The notes below the pieces were generated by a model, which was not told the DNA's origin, ran no database searches, and saw nothing but the letters and a program-made list of their open reading frames with translations. The translations under genes and the position numbers were made by a program. DNA of 62,723 nucleotides from a virus (taxonomy: Duplodnaviria; Caudoviricetes): IMG/VR virus record IMGVR_UViG_3300044700_000299, positions 1-62,723 of that record; one strand, 5' to 3'. Shown in pieces: positions 48,201-58,102 of this stretch (within the stretch, counting starts at the first letter, position 1; every line of letters begins with the position of its first letter).

Positions 48201-49882
48201 TGAGAAACTTATTATCTGAACAAATAAGTAAGATGCAATCAATGATGGGTATTAAAGATGACCTATTAGTTGAGGCTTCAAAATTAGAAATATTAACCGA
48301 TAAAGAAGGGTTGGATGAAGACCAAGCTAAGTTACTTGATGAGTTATGTGGTGGTTTATCGGTTTGGATGTTAGGTCGTGTTAAGAACTATTTAATGGTC
48401 GTAAGTACTAGCATTTCAAAATTTAATGATGAAAGACAAGGTGCAGGTTTAAATAAATTCATCATAGACGAAATTAATAAAAACAGTTATGTCAACAGAT
48501 GGCGTCAGGATATTATTGGAATTATGGATTGGATTCGTGTTGGTTTGGATGGTAATGTAAAACCATTTAAAAACTTACAGTTAGACGAACTAGTTAGAAA
48601 GTCTAAGGAATGGCACGATTCGTTAGGGTTGGGTAATGGTGATATCAATTATGTTGAGAAAAATGAGATTATAAAAGATTTCCGTGATGAAAATGGTAAT
48701 GGATTCTATTGGGCTGATTTAAATACTAAGGATTCAAAAGAAGAGTCGGAAAGAATGGGCCACTGTGGACGTTCAAGTTATGGTTATATATATTCATTAC
48801 GTGAGACAAAACCAATTAATAATAAATACACAATTAATAGGAGTCATTTAACTACTGCAATTGGTAATGATGGTATTATGTATCAGTTAAAAGGTCCTAA
48901 GAACTCAAAACCAAAAGAAGAATACCATAACTACATTTTACCATTGTTTTATGTGTTAGGTGGTGAAGGTGAAGAAGATGATTATTTAGTTAAAGGATTT
49001 GGAACCGAATACGCGTCACAACAGGATTTCAAATTAAGTGACTTACCTGATGATGTTATTAGAGAGTTATATCGAAATAGACCTGAATTGTTTGAAGGTA
49101 GAGCAATGATGAGAAAATTGGTTGATATGGGTATAATTGAAGCTCCTAATGTTGAATATAATATTACACTTAATATTGATGCTGATGATGTTGGTAGATA
49201 TGTTGATGGTGATTATGTTTATAGACGATATAAGAAAAAAGTTACGACACCTGCGGGACAAGAATATGATAAAACAGTTGAGGTTACAATGTTTGAAATA
49301 ATCTTAGCGGGTGACACTTATGATATATATTATAATGACTATACCGATTGGAAAGATTGTCTTACTTATCATGTGGATGATGCTCATAAACAAGAGATTA
49401 GGGAAATATTAAGAAAAGTTGCTGAACGTGGTGATGATGAATTTATTGCTGAAGATTTTGACCAAAAGGATTTAGAGGATATTATTGAAGAATATGATGA
49501 TTATGATAGTGTGAAAAGTGCGTTAGGTAATGCACAAAATAACGCTGAATCTAGTGATTATTCTGATTATTTATATAGACTATTACAAGATGCTTTAAAA
49601 GAATACGGGACAATTGAGAAAATGGATGACACAGGTGTTATCTTACACATAGACACTAAACGATATTTTGATGAAGCTAATCCTGATTATCTTGATGATT
49701 ATTTTGAACGATGTGATGATGATATTGAATGTACCTTTAAGGAACTTGTTACTGAAGATGAAATTGAAAAACCAAAGTGGAACTTTGATGATAGATGGTA
49801 TCCAAGTGTTGATAATGGATATTATAATGAAATGTTATCCGATTATCTCTACGATGTTAAACGTGATTATAAGATAGATTAA
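48200..49882 (+). CDS. Putative virion protein, paralogue B with acidic C-terminal extension
   Basis: Paralogous to 47301 over about 300 aa. Confidence 0.7.
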   Translation: MRNLLSEQISKMQSMMGIKDDLLVEASKLEILTDKEGLDEDQAKLLDELCGGLSVWMLGRVKNYLMVVSTSISKFNDERQGAGLNKFIIDEINKNSYVNRWRQDIIGIMDWIRVGLDGNVKPFKNLQLDELVRKSKEWHDSLGLGNGDINYVEKNEIIKDFRDENGNGFYWADLNTKDSKEESERMGHCGRSSYGYIYSLRETKPINNKYTINRSHLTTAIGNDGIMYQLKGPKNSKPKEEYHNYILPLFYVLGGEGEEDDYLVKGFGTEYASQQDFKLSDLPDDVIRELYRNRPELFEGRAMMRKLVDMGIIEAPNVEYNITLNIDADDVGRYVDGDYVYRRYKKKVTTPAGQEYDKTVEVTMFEIILAGDTYDIYYNDYTDWKDCLTYHVDDAHKQEIREILRKVAERGDDEFIAEDFDQKDLEDIIEEYDDYDSVKSALGNAQNNAESSDYSDYLYRLLQDALKEYGTIEKMDDTGVILHIDTKRYFDEANPDYLDDYFERCDDDIECTFKELVTEDEIEKPKWNFDDRWYPSVDNGYYNEMLSDYLYDVKRDYKID

Positions 49883-49885
49883 TTT

Positions 49886-49914
49886 AAACCCCCAGGTAAA
49901 ATTGGGGGTTTTTT
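49886..49914. terminator. ACCCCCA-type terminator
   Basis: AAACCCCCA...TGGGGGTTTTTT. Confidence 0.8.
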
Positions 49915-49964
49915 ATTTGGTAGATGTTTGAAGTTGTATTATATTTGTAAAAACGATAAGAGTT

Positions 49965-50117
49965 ATGGAAAGATTTTCAATGAGAGAAGTGTTAAAGGAG
50001 AAATACGGTGAAACTGAGAAAAACACTAAAACTGCTAAGTCAACTAAGAAAGTTGAGAAGAAAGGTAACTATGTTGTGAAGATAGTTGATGGTGTTAAAT
50101 ATATGGTATTGAAATAA
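49965..50117 (+). CDS. 50-aa basic protein, not in ORF track
   Basis: MERFSMREVLKEKYG...VDGVKYMVLK after TTTG-N20-TATATTTG. Confidence 0.65.
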   Translation: MERFSMREVLKEKYGETEKNTKTAKSTKKVEKKGNYVVKIVDGVKYMVLK

Positions 50118-50118
50118 T

Positions 50119-50655
50119 ATGCAAAAGAGAGCGGTAAGTGGTGTTGTCTTCGAAAATTCATTCCAAGGTGATGGTTGGGTAAGACAATCAACTTCACCAA
50201 AGTTTAAATGGTCAGGTAATGGACGTTCAATTATAGACAAAATTAAATCAGTTGAATTTAAACCTGAGTTATTTATTTTGGATGAGGAATCACGAATGTC
50301 TAAGTATGATATCTACAACACAATCACGGGTAAAAAACGTGAAGTTAAAAAATACACCAAGGAGGGATTAAACAGTTGGTCTTTGTATTCCGAGGCGTTT
50401 TTCAAGATAGCGTCAAGACATACCGCAAGTCAAATAAGTGTTGAGACTTACAATAAATTTGTTGAGGATTACTACGAACATTATAAGAACACAGGTTTAT
50501 TTGAAAGAGTTATTCACAAATTAACCAAAGATGTTGAAGGTGTACAAATAATAGATACCTTTATACCGATGACTGAATTAGAGTTCAAAGTTGATATAGT
50601 TAGAAACAGTTGGAAGGGTTATTACAGATTGACAGTATTAATTAAATTAAAATAA
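50119..50655 (+). CDS. PD-(D/E)xK-like nuclease
   Basis: G..FE helix, KYD...EVK spacing. Confidence 0.45.
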   Translation: MQKRAVSGVVFENSFQGDGWVRQSTSPKFKWSGNGRSIIDKIKSVEFKPELFILDEESRMSKYDIYNTITGKKREVKKYTKEGLNSWSLYSEAFFKIASRHTASQISVETYNKFVEDYYEHYKNTGLFERVIHKLTKDVEGVQIIDTFIPMTELEFKVDIVRNSWKGYYRLTVLIKLK

Positions 50656-50660
50656 GAGAT

Positions 50661-50975
50661 ATGAATATAGTTAATAAAACATTAATGGTTGATATTGAGA
50701 ACGATATTACATTAGAGAACGGGTCAATAACAATGACTGTTATACATCAAGCGTACATTGGTCCAAGTCACGTTGATATTGAGTTGGCTGATTATTATAA
50801 CGTTAAATTCTTAGGTAAGGAAATTACATTCTCTAAGTTAAGAGAAACATTAAAAAATATTGACATCGACATAGATTTATTAGTTGGTGAGAAAACTGAT
50901 AAATTATTCACAGATGAAGATATCGAATATTTACAATCATTATATTCAAGTATTAAATCACCATATACGAAATAA
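50661..50975 (+). CDS. Hypothetical protein
   Basis: Clean ORF. Confidence 0.6.
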   Translation: MNIVNKTLMVDIENDITLENGSITMTVIHQAYIGPSHVDIELADYYNVKFLGKEITFSKLRETLKNIDIDIDLLVGEKTDKLFTDEDIEYLQSLYSSIKSPYTK

Positions 50976-50976
50976 G

Positions 50977-51294
50977 ATGACATTTGAGAATTTTTTTAAG
51001 ATATTGGATTGTTACAAGAGAGGGTCTGAAATGATATCGGACCTTCACGATTTAGGGTTTGATTTGATGGAGGGTAGATATCAATTATCCGATATTTTAT
51101 TTGAACAATTACAAAACTCAATACGTTTTGTTTATGGTGATGAAGGGTTGGATTGGGTGGAATGGTTCATCTTTGAAAATGGTTATGGGGATAATAAAAT
51201 GGGTGCGAATGATGAAAATGGTAAATTAATTTGTCAATCATATGAAGAATTGTTTCAATATTTAGAAAAAAATCATAAGTTATGTATACATTAA
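50977..51294 (+). CDS. Hypothetical protein
   Basis: MTFENF start; DWVEWFIFE motif. Confidence 0.65.
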   Translation: MTFENFFKILDCYKRGSEMISDLHDLGFDLMEGRYQLSDILFEQLQNSIRFVYGDEGLDWVEWFIFENGYGDNKMGANDENGKLICQSYEELFQYLEKNHKLCIH

Positions 51295-51551
51295 AAAGAG
51301 GTGACGGTTTGGTTAAACGGTCCGAAGATGTCAGGTGGATTGAGTTTGATGAATATGGTAGGGGAAAAGAATTACACGAAACACCAAAGGTTGGACTAGG
51401 TTTAATTATGTCCCCATTCAATATGTTTTTTACTTGGCAAACAACAGAAGTAACAGAACTATTGGAAGTTTCGGAAAATTGCGTTAAATTTAGAACTAAG
51501 AATAGTGATTACGAATTAATTAAGGAAAACGATGACTTGGATAAATCCTGA
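51282..51551 (+). CDS. Hypothetical protein
   Basis: TWQTT.V.E, F.T.NS.Y motif. Confidence 0.65.
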   Translation: MYTLKRGDGLVKRSEDVRWIEFDEYGRGKELHETPKVGLGLIMSPFNMFFTWQTTEVTELLEVSENCVKFRTKNSDYELIKENDDLDKS

Positions 51552-51927
51552 TGCTTGGTTCAAGAATTTTGATAACAAGCCAATTAACATTAACATAGAC
51601 ACTAAACTTAAAACATATGATGAGTATCTTAAAGATAATTTCTTCTATAAGTTTGGTGAGTTATTTAGAACTTTGGTTGGAACTAAATTTATGTGTTACG
51701 AAGGTGATGAATTAGTTACTAAAACAATTAAAGAAATCAAATTTAATCCTGATATAGTTGTTGACGAGGACCGTAAAAAATATGTTGAGGATAAAAACAA
51801 GTTCGTGGCAATGCACGAGTTACCAATACCAAACGATTACACAGGTTACAAATTGTTTGTGTTCGTAATAAGTGAAGATGATGTTCAATACAACTTCAAT
51901 GAAATATTTTTAAAACCTGAAAAATGA
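51532..51927 (+). CDS. Hypothetical protein
   Basis: ORF in operon. Confidence 0.6.
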   Translation: MTWINPDAWFKNFDNKPININIDTKLKTYDEYLKDNFFYKFGELFRTLVGTKFMCYEGDELVTKTIKEIKFNPDIVVDEDRKKYVEDKNKFVAMHELPIPNDYTGYKLFVFVISEDDVQYNFNEIFLKPEK

Positions 51928-52091
51928 GAAGAGTTAAAATACCTATTAAATCTGCAATGACCATATTTCCTGAAATGAGTGATTTGGGAAATATGCCACG
52001 TAAGAAAAAGAAAAAGATGAAGAAAGAGTTTTCAAAACTCTTCGTTAAAAAATTAACAGAATGGATTGAAAATGGAAAACGAGAAATATGA
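51924..52091 (+). CDS. 55-aa basic protein, not in ORF track
   Basis: ATGA overlap; PRKKKKKMKK. Confidence 0.55.
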   Translation: MRRVKIPIKSAMTIFPEMSDLGNMPRKKKKKMKKEFSKLFVKKLTEWIENGKREI

Positions 52092-52290
52092 AAAAATGTT
52101 AGAGCGTTTAATTGAGGATGCTTTAAAATATGGTTCAGGTTTGGAGGCCGCTTTAGACCATCTTAATATGGGGTTCGTTCATTTATTTAGATATTTGAAT
52201 GGTGATGATAAACAAAATCTGTTACAAGACTTACAGGAGTATAATGAAAGACTAAAAAAAATATTAGTGGATGAAGGAGATAGCGTTTAG
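52072..52290 (+). CDS. Hypothetical protein
   Basis: ORF in operon. Confidence 0.55.
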   Translation: MENEKYEKMLERLIEDALKYGSGLEAALDHLNMGFVHLFRYLNGDDKQNLLQDLQEYNERLKKILVDEGDSV

Positions 52291-52450
52291 TATTGGTGGT
52301 TTGTTGATATTCTTAACTGTTATATTAATGGTTAATTATTTCTTGAGAATGAAAAGTTTTGGGTTTGATAATAAAAAGTATATTAATTTTTTAGTATATT
52401 TGTTATTCATAGAAATGTTATTATTAGGAATCAGTCAAATTATACTTTAA
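52271..52450 (+). CDS. Small membrane protein, not in ORF track
   Basis: 59-aa hydrophobic ORF filling the gap. Confidence 0.45.
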   Translation: MKEIAFSIGGLLIFLTVILMVNYFLRMKSFGFDNKKYINFLVYLLFIEMLLLGISQIIL

Positions 52451-52454
52451 GATT

Positions 52455-52709
52455 ATGGCGGCAATTACAATGAGTGAGGTGAAGATAGGTAGAACAACAT
52501 ATCCTGTTAAGAGTGGTGATTATATTTTATATAATGGTGCTTGTTATCAGTTTATGGCGGGTGATGGTAGAACTTTGAAACAAGAAGGGTTTACCGGTTA
52601 TAGTAATTTGAAAATGCCAATGACATTAGTTAAGAAAATACCGTTCATCAGAATGACAAAAGTTAGTTTCAATAAAGATGGTATGGATTTAGTAAAATGG
52701 TATTTCTAA
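52455..52709 (+). CDS. Hypothetical protein
   Basis: TATATTTG at 52395. Confidence 0.6.
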   Translation: MAAITMSEVKIGRTTYPVKSGDYILYNGACYQFMAGDGRTLKQEGFTGYSNLKMPMTLVKKIPFIRMTKVSFNKDGMDLVKWYF

Positions 52710-53035
52710 ATATAAGGGTTACCAAACTCTTTTAAACTTATGAAGACATCTTCGATACGTTTACATTCTTTAATGAAGTTAGATGCAATCTCAGGGGGTA
52801 ATTGAAACCATTCAGTTCCCCCTTCTAAATTATACTTAAAGTAATCCCGTTTCATTGTGGATTCAATTCGATTATAGTATTCTGATTTGTGTTTACGTAG
52901 TAAGACTAACTCGTGTGGATTTGAAGTCTGATGTGTTTTCAGTCTTAACTTGGGGTCATTTTTTGAGATACCGATTTTATATCGTTCAGGTTCGGAACCC
53001 CACTCAACTATTAGATATACATAACCATAATCCAT
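52706..53035 (-). CDS. GIY-YIG / T5orf172-like nuclease
   Basis: YVYLI, YKIG.S, RL...QT.NP, E, EWF. Confidence 0.85.
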   Translation of the reverse strand: MDYGYVYLIVEWGSEPERYKIGISKNDPKLRLKTHQTSNPHELVLLRKHKSEYYNRIESTMKRDYFKYNLEGGTEWFQLPPEIASNFIKECKRIEDVFISLKEFGNPYI

Positions 53036-53070
53036 ATGGTTAAATGTAAATCAAGGGGATTTTAAGTAAA

Positions 53071-53541
53071 TTATTCTTCGTTTCTTACGAATTTTATTTT
53101 ATTAACATCAATATCTACTCTACCCATATATTCAGGGTCCAATTCACCATTAACCTTCATTTTTGTGTAGAATTTATATTCTTTTGGTAAGTATCTGTGA
53201 TACTTGTTAAGTAGTTTTTTTAATTCAAAATAGTCTTTAAAACAAGGTCTGTCTTCAAAGTTATCCATTGATAGGTATTTTAGTGGCCCACATAAAGAAT
53301 AACCTCTTCTCATAAATTCATATTCCATGAAATACTCAAATACTGGTACTTTAAAATAATCTGATAATTTATCAACATCAACTACAATATCAATACCAAC
53401 TATTGTTGAAAATCTATTAGGTTCATTATCGGTAAATTCCCAACCAACAATATACGGGTATTTTTTATTAACTGTTTTAAGTAACATATCAATACCTTTT
53501 AATTGGTTTTCGGTTGGCTCATCTCTAAAAATATCGAACAT
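53071..53541 (-). CDS. Hypothetical protein
   Basis: TATTTAT-TAAT-ATG start. Confidence 0.65.
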   Translation of the reverse strand: MFDIFRDEPTENQLKGIDMLLKTVNKKYPYIVGWEFTDNEPNRFSTIVGIDIVVDVDKLSDYFKVPVFEYFMEYEFMRRGYSLCGPLKYLSMDNFEDRPCFKDYFELKKLLNKYHRYLPKEYKFYTKMKVNGELDPEYMGRVDIDVNKIKFVRNEE

Positions 53542-53603
53542 ATTAATAAATAGTTTTGTTTTTAAAATTAAAAAGTTATCTTTGTTCTATAAATATATCA
53601 CTT

Positions 53604-53843
53604 ATGAGAAAGACGTGTAATGTAGTTGAAATGATAGAATATGCAAATATGCAATTGGCAAGAACTGATGAGTTTGCAACTAAAGATTTTAAAGTCGGTA
53701 TTAGTGTAATGATTGAATCAATTTTACACGTAACCGGTAACTATTCAGGGTTTATGTTTATTAATAACGAAGATTCTGACACAGGAACATTAGGTTATTA
53801 CAGTAGATATTATTTCACTAACAGAAAATTGGAGAAAAAATGA
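53604..53843 (+). CDS. Hypothetical protein
   Basis: TATCTTTG at 53577; E.ILH..GNY.GF motif. Confidence 0.65.
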   Translation: MRKTCNVVEMIEYANMQLARTDEFATKDFKVGISVMIESILHVTGNYSGFMFINNEDSDTGTLGYYSRYYFTNRKLEKK

Positions 53844-54211
53844 CATACGATGAAATGAAAGAGTTTTTGGAGTCCATTGGTGGACTTGAAAATGGATTTT
53901 TCACTGACCAACCACCAATTACCGACCCTCATTTTTTTGGTGTTAAAGAAGGTTGGTTTCAATTAATTAAAGACTTGATTGTTGACCTAAATAAAATGGG
54001 GTGGGATAAACAGGTGACTCAAGTTAAAGAGAAGTTCGGTGGGTTAAGATTTTATATCAATTCAGGTGAATCTGAAATCCATCAAAGAATATTACAAGCT
54101 GAAACAGAAAGTTATAACATATGTGAAATATGTGGGGAACATGGTAAACCACGAACTAATGGATGGTATCAGACCCTATGTGATTCGCACAAAAGAGAAG
54201 GAGATAAGTGA
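53840..54211 (+). CDS. Conserved phage protein with zinc ribbon
   Basis: GW..LI..L, QVKEKFGGLRFY, CE.CG..G, TLC..H. Confidence 0.75.
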   Translation: MTYDEMKEFLESIGGLENGFFTDQPPITDPHFFGVKEGWFQLIKDLIVDLNKMGWDKQVTQVKEKFGGLRFYINSGESEIHQRILQAETESYNICEICGEHGKPRTNGWYQTLCDSHKREGDK

Positions 54212-54616
54212 ATGAAAAAGGTTAGTTTTGATTATGATGGGACATTAGCATTACCTGCGGTAGAAGAGTTTGCTAAGGAGTTGGTAGACCAAGGATATGA
54301 TGTTTGGGTAGTCACTTCAAGAGTGGGTGATGACAATTTAGATAAGTCATTCCAACCTTGGAAGACACCTGATTGGAATCGTGATTTATGGGACACTTGT
54401 TTAAATGTGGGTATACCTAAAAGTAAAGTTGTATTCACAAGTTTTGTGGATAAGATTGAATTTTTGAAAGGAAAGAATTATATTTTTCATTTAGACGATG
54501 ATTTGTATGAGTTGACCGCAATTATGGAATCCAAAGATGGTTGTATGCCATTGAATGTTGGTCACTCAGATTGGAAAAGAAATTGTTTAGAAGAATTAGA
54601 AAAACATAAAATATGA
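54212..54616 (+). CDS. HAD-superfamily protein
   Basis: FDYDGTL, TSR, K, HLDD. Confidence 0.75.
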   Translation: MKKVSFDYDGTLALPAVEEFAKELVDQGYDVWVVTSRVGDDNLDKSFQPWKTPDWNRDLWDTCLNVGIPKSKVVFTSFVDKIEFLKGKNYIFHLDDDLYELTAIMESKDGCMPLNVGHSDWKRNCLEELEKHKI

Positions 54617-54978
54617 AAAAAAATAGACGTAGAGCGGTCCACGCTGAGTTAATTAGAGAAAGTAGAGATAACCCAGGTTATTTCAGGTATAACATTACCA
54701 TCAGGGAAAAAGATGGGATGGAACACGTAGTTCCTGCTTATGGTAAAGATATGCAAGATGCAATCGAAAGATTGTTATGGAACGAAAGAGTTGATAAGGT
54801 AACCAAATCAAAAATTATGGCACCAAGTTTTGCTATATTATTACTTGCCGTTGTTGCATTATCAGGTATGACAGGCGTAATCTACGACAATCCATTATGG
54901 GTTGCAGGTGGTCTTGGATTTTGTGGTGTTTCATTATTATTAACAACATTGGTTGATAAATATTTAACTAAAAAATAG
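54613..54978 (+). CDS. Membrane protein
   Basis: Two C-terminal TM helices. Confidence 0.65.
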   Translation: MKKNRRRAVHAELIRESRDNPGYFRYNITIREKDGMEHVVPAYGKDMQDAIERLLWNERVDKVTKSKIMAPSFAILLLAVVALSGMTGVIYDNPLWVAGGLGFCGVSLLLTTLVDKYLTKK

Positions 54979-54979
54979 T

Positions 54980-55228
54980 ATGACAAGTAGAGATTTTGCG
55001 TTTTGGTTGCAAGGGTTCTTTGAAGTTGCAAACCCAATTAGTATCGGTTCAAAAGAAACTGAAATGATTAAAAGACATCTGAATCTTGTTTTCAAACACG
55101 AGATTGACCCAAGTATGGGTGATGAAAAACATCAACAAGTGTTAAATGAAATTCATTCAGATGATTTTCATATACCCCCAAGTAAATGGCCTCCGTATAA
55201 TCATGATAAAGAAGTATTACGTTGTTGA
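54980..55228 (+). CDS. Conserved phage protein
   Basis: F..WLQGFFE, I..HL.LVF. Confidence 0.65.
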   Translation: MTSRDFAFWLQGFFEVANPISIGSKETEMIKRHLNLVFKHEIDPSMGDEKHQQVLNEIHSDDFHIPPSKWPPYNHDKEVLRC

Positions 55229-55230
55229 GT

Positions 55231-55419
55231 ATGAGTGAATTTATTTTACCTAATTATACTACATCAGAGTGTAGTGAAGGACCTAAGTCAGGTGCTATAG
55301 TATTAAAAGAGTATATTGTTCGATGGGATTATACCGGTGATGGTAGTATTACTGTCACATTGAATAATAGTGATGATAAATTAATCCAAAGTTTGGAACA
55401 TACAAAGTCAAAAGTATGA
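55231..55419 (+). CDS. Hypothetical protein
   Basis: Fills operon gap. Confidence 0.45.
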   Translation: MSEFILPNYTTSECSEGPKSGAIVLKEYIVRWDYTGDGSITVTLNNSDDKLIQSLEHTKSKV

Positions 55420-55676
55420 GAATTGATTATTTAACAGAAAATTTTGAAGGTGAAGATTTTTTGGTTGCCGATGGTTTTGATGATGCTATTATTGGTGTTG
55501 ACGAAAATAGTATGAGAATTATTTATTCTGTAACTAAATCCATTGAAATTTTAATGAAAGAAAATATGACATATGAAGAGGCTAACGAATATTTTTATTT
55601 TAATGTTAGTGGTTCTTATGTTGGTGATAAGACACCGATTTGGTGTTACGATAATTGTTTAATGAATAATAATTAA
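55416..55676 (+). CDS. Conserved phage protein
   Basis: ADGFDDAIIG, EA.EYF.FNV.GSYVG..TPI. Confidence 0.75.
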   Translation: MRIDYLTENFEGEDFLVADGFDDAIIGVDENSMRIIYSVTKSIEILMKENMTYEEANEYFYFNVSGSYVGDKTPIWCYDNCLMNNN

Positions 55677-55680
55677 AACT

Positions 55681-55836
55681 ATGAAAGAAGTTAAAACATT
55701 TGATTTACCTCACGGGAGTGATAAAGCAACCACAGTCAAAAAAATTAGTGAAGTGTTAGAATCATTTGGACTTACAATCCATACTCTTGAAATTGGGGAC
55801 GAGATTACTACCTACTCAGTTGAGCCACTAAAATAA
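55681..55836 (+). CDS. 51-aa protein, not in ORF track
   Basis: ORF ending just before a terminator. Confidence 0.5.
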   Translation: MKEVKTFDLPHGSDKATTVKKISEVLESFGLTIHTLEIGDEITTYSVEPLK

Positions 55837-55843
55837 CAACTTT

Positions 55844-55876
55844 AAACCCCAAGTATTTAATATTTGGGGTTTTTTT
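55844..55876. terminator. ACCCCAA-type terminator
   Basis: AAACCCCAAGTATT...AATATTTGGGGTTTTTTT. Confidence 0.8.
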
Positions 55877-55937
55877 ATTTACATAATCGTAGCGTTATAG
55901 TAACACCGGTAATCATACTTAAACGATAATTATAAGT

Positions 55938-56645
55938 ATGAAATTACATCCGTTATTAACAATTGTAATCCCTTGTAAAAATGAGGGTAAAATCATTGAC
56001 ACCACGTTAAATTTATTGAATCAACAAGAGAATATTGAGTATGTTAAAGTAATTGTTTGTGATTCATCTGACGACAAAATAACCAAAAATTTATTAAAAA
56101 ATAGAGTTAATGACAAGTTCAATTTAATCGTTGCAAATGGTGGTTTACCATCTGTTGCAAGAAATGTTGGATTTGGTTTTTGTGATACACCCTATGTTTT
56201 ATTTATGGATGCTGACGTATTCATATTGGATTATGACCTATTGGTTAACTCTGTTAGTAATATAATTAATGAAAAATTAGAATTGGTGACTTGTAAATTC
56301 AGGAGTACAACCGGTGAATACAATAATGTGTTTAGAATTTTTGACACAATACAACAAATATCAAAACCATTAACACCATTCGCATTAGGTGGATTTATGT
56401 TATTGGACTCAAAAAAATTCATTGAGATTGGTAAGTTTAATGAAAAAGTTAAAGTTGCTGAGGATTATCTTCTATCAAAAAAAATCGGGTCTTACAAATT
56501 TAAAGTATATAATTCAACGGTGTTTACAACACCAAGAAGGTTTAAATCGAAAGGTTTATTCTATATGTTAAAATTAATGATAAACTCTATAATTCATAGG
56601 GATAATGAAGATTATTTTGAGAATGACAAAAACTATTGGAAATGA
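55938..56645 (+). CDS. Family 2 glycosyltransferase
   Basis: IVIP.KNE, D.S.D, ARN.G, DAD, GGF, ED, RRF. Confidence 0.9.
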   Translation: MKLHPLLTIVIPCKNEGKIIDTTLNLLNQQENIEYVKVIVCDSSDDKITKNLLKNRVNDKFNLIVANGGLPSVARNVGFGFCDTPYVLFMDADVFILDYDLLVNSVSNIINEKLELVTCKFRSTTGEYNNVFRIFDTIQQISKPLTPFALGGFMLLDSKKFIEIGKFNEKVKVAEDYLLSKKIGSYKFKVYNSTVFTTPRRFKSKGLFYMLKLMINSIIHRDNEDYFENDKNYWK

Positions 56646-57352
56646 AGTGGAGAACAATAATTATGAGTGATTTACACTTAGGTGCCAGACAATCACAAAC
56701 AGATAAAATTTTGAAATTTTTAGATGAAAATACCTCAGATAAAATAATACTGAATGGTGATATCATTGACGGTTGGGCTTTGAAAGGTAAAGGTAAGTGG
56801 ACTGTTGAATGTAATAAAATCCTGAGAAGGTTTATGAAGATGTCTGAAAAAGGTGTTGATGTTGTTTGGGTTAGAGGTAATCACGATGACTTTTTAAAAG
56901 GGTTTATACCATTTACTATTAATAATATTGAAATAGTTAGAACTCACGTTCATTACGGTCTTGATGGTAGAAGATACTTTTGTTTCCACGGGGATGTTTT
57001 AGATTTTGTTATTATGAAGATGAGGTGGTTGGCCGTTGTAGGTGGGTATTCTTATGACATCGTAATCAAGTTCAACACATGGTATAATAAGGTTAGAAAA
57101 ATGTTTAACTTACCTCATCATTCATTAGCAAATGTAATTAAACAATCGGTTAAAGGAGTTATAAATTTTGTTTCGGATTTTGAAACTAACGCTAAGAACT
57201 TAGCAACTCAAAAAGGTTATGATGTTGCTGTTTGTGGTCACATTCATCTACCTAAAATTGAAGAGAACTATATGAATTCAGGTGATTTTTGTGAGAATAC
57301 CACTTGTCTTGTTGAAGACAAGTATGGTAATTGGTTTATAATTACCGTATAA
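56636..57352 (+). CDS. LpxH-like (UDP-2,3-diacylglucosamine hydrolase) metallophosphoesterase
   Basis: SDLHLG, GDIIDGW, GNHD, HGD, GHIH, NSGD. Confidence 0.85.
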   Translation: MEMKWRTIIMSDLHLGARQSQTDKILKFLDENTSDKIILNGDIIDGWALKGKGKWTVECNKILRRFMKMSEKGVDVVWVRGNHDDFLKGFIPFTINNIEIVRTHVHYGLDGRRYFCFHGDVLDFVIMKMRWLAVVGGYSYDIVIKFNTWYNKVRKMFNLPHHSLANVIKQSVKGVINFVSDFETNAKNLATQKGYDVAVCGHIHLPKIEENYMNSGDFCENTTCLVEDKYGNWFIITV

Positions 57353-57373
57353 AATCATTCTTATTTATTTTTT

Positions 57374-57402
57374 ACCCCCATTGATAATTTGGGGGTTTTT
57401 TT
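57374..57402. terminator. ACCCCCA-type terminator
   Basis: ACCCCCA...TGGGGGTTTTTTT. Confidence 0.8.
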
Positions 57403-57424
57403 ATATTTTTTTAAAAAAAAAGAT

Positions 57425-57694
57425 ATGGGTATTTCAATTCACGTTGATTTAGATGAGGTTTACGACCAAATGGATTCTTGGGATAAAAAAGAAATGGTTA
57501 GTTTCCTTCGTGATGATGGTTATTTAACTGAGGAAAAAACACCTATTAATGAAGGTGTTAGTTTACAAATACCATTGGATGCGACGTTTGAACAGGAACA
57601 ACATTTAAGGATGATTTCAAAATTAGGTGGATTATTTTATCGTATGAGTGACGAGGATATGGAAATAATTCGTAATATTGTAAATAAATATTAA
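57425..57694 (+). CDS. Hypothetical protein
   Basis: MGISIHV start downstream of the terminator. Confidence 0.6.
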   Translation: MGISIHVDLDEVYDQMDSWDKKEMVSFLRDDGYLTEEKTPINEGVSLQIPLDATFEQEQHLRMISKLGGLFYRMSDEDMEIIRNIVNKY

Positions 57695-57698
57695 GACT

Positions 57699-57920
57699 AT
57701 GAAACCAAAGAAATTTGAATTTAAAGTAAAAGACCGTAAGTCAATCAGTGCTAACCTAACTGATTTTTGTTATTTAAATAAACCTGACTCATTTATTGAG
57801 GTGACTGAGTGGTCAAACGGTGATGGGTTTGATATAACAATCAATGATAAGATAACTTCATTTACAAGAGGTGAGTTGGATGCTATTAAAGCGTTAGTTA
57901 AAAAAATAGATAAATTATGA
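57699..57920 (+). CDS. Conserved phage protein
   Basis: FIEVTEW.NG.G.DI, T.GE..A. Confidence 0.7.
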   Translation: MKPKKFEFKVKDRKSISANLTDFCYLNKPDSFIEVTEWSNGDGFDITINDKITSFTRGELDAIKALVKKIDKL

Positions 57921-58090
57921 AAAAAGTTATTTTAATACCCTTTTTATTATATGGGTATGCAATTGTAGCTTGGATAGTAAACATTGTAAAATTATTAAAC
58001 TGTGATTTCGCAGGTCCTGTATGGAAAGAGGAAATTATTCACGGTGTTGGTTTAATACCTGGTGTGTCAATGATTACTTGTTGGTTTTAA
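57917..58090 (+). CDS. 57-aa membrane protein, not in ORF track
   Basis: W..NI.KL..CDF...W..E.I..VG; ATGA overlap. Confidence 0.6.
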   Translation: MKKVILIPFLLYGYAIVAWIVNIVKLLNCDFAGPVWKEEIIHGVGLIPGVSMITCWF

Positions 58091-58102
58091 AAATTATTCT
58101 TG

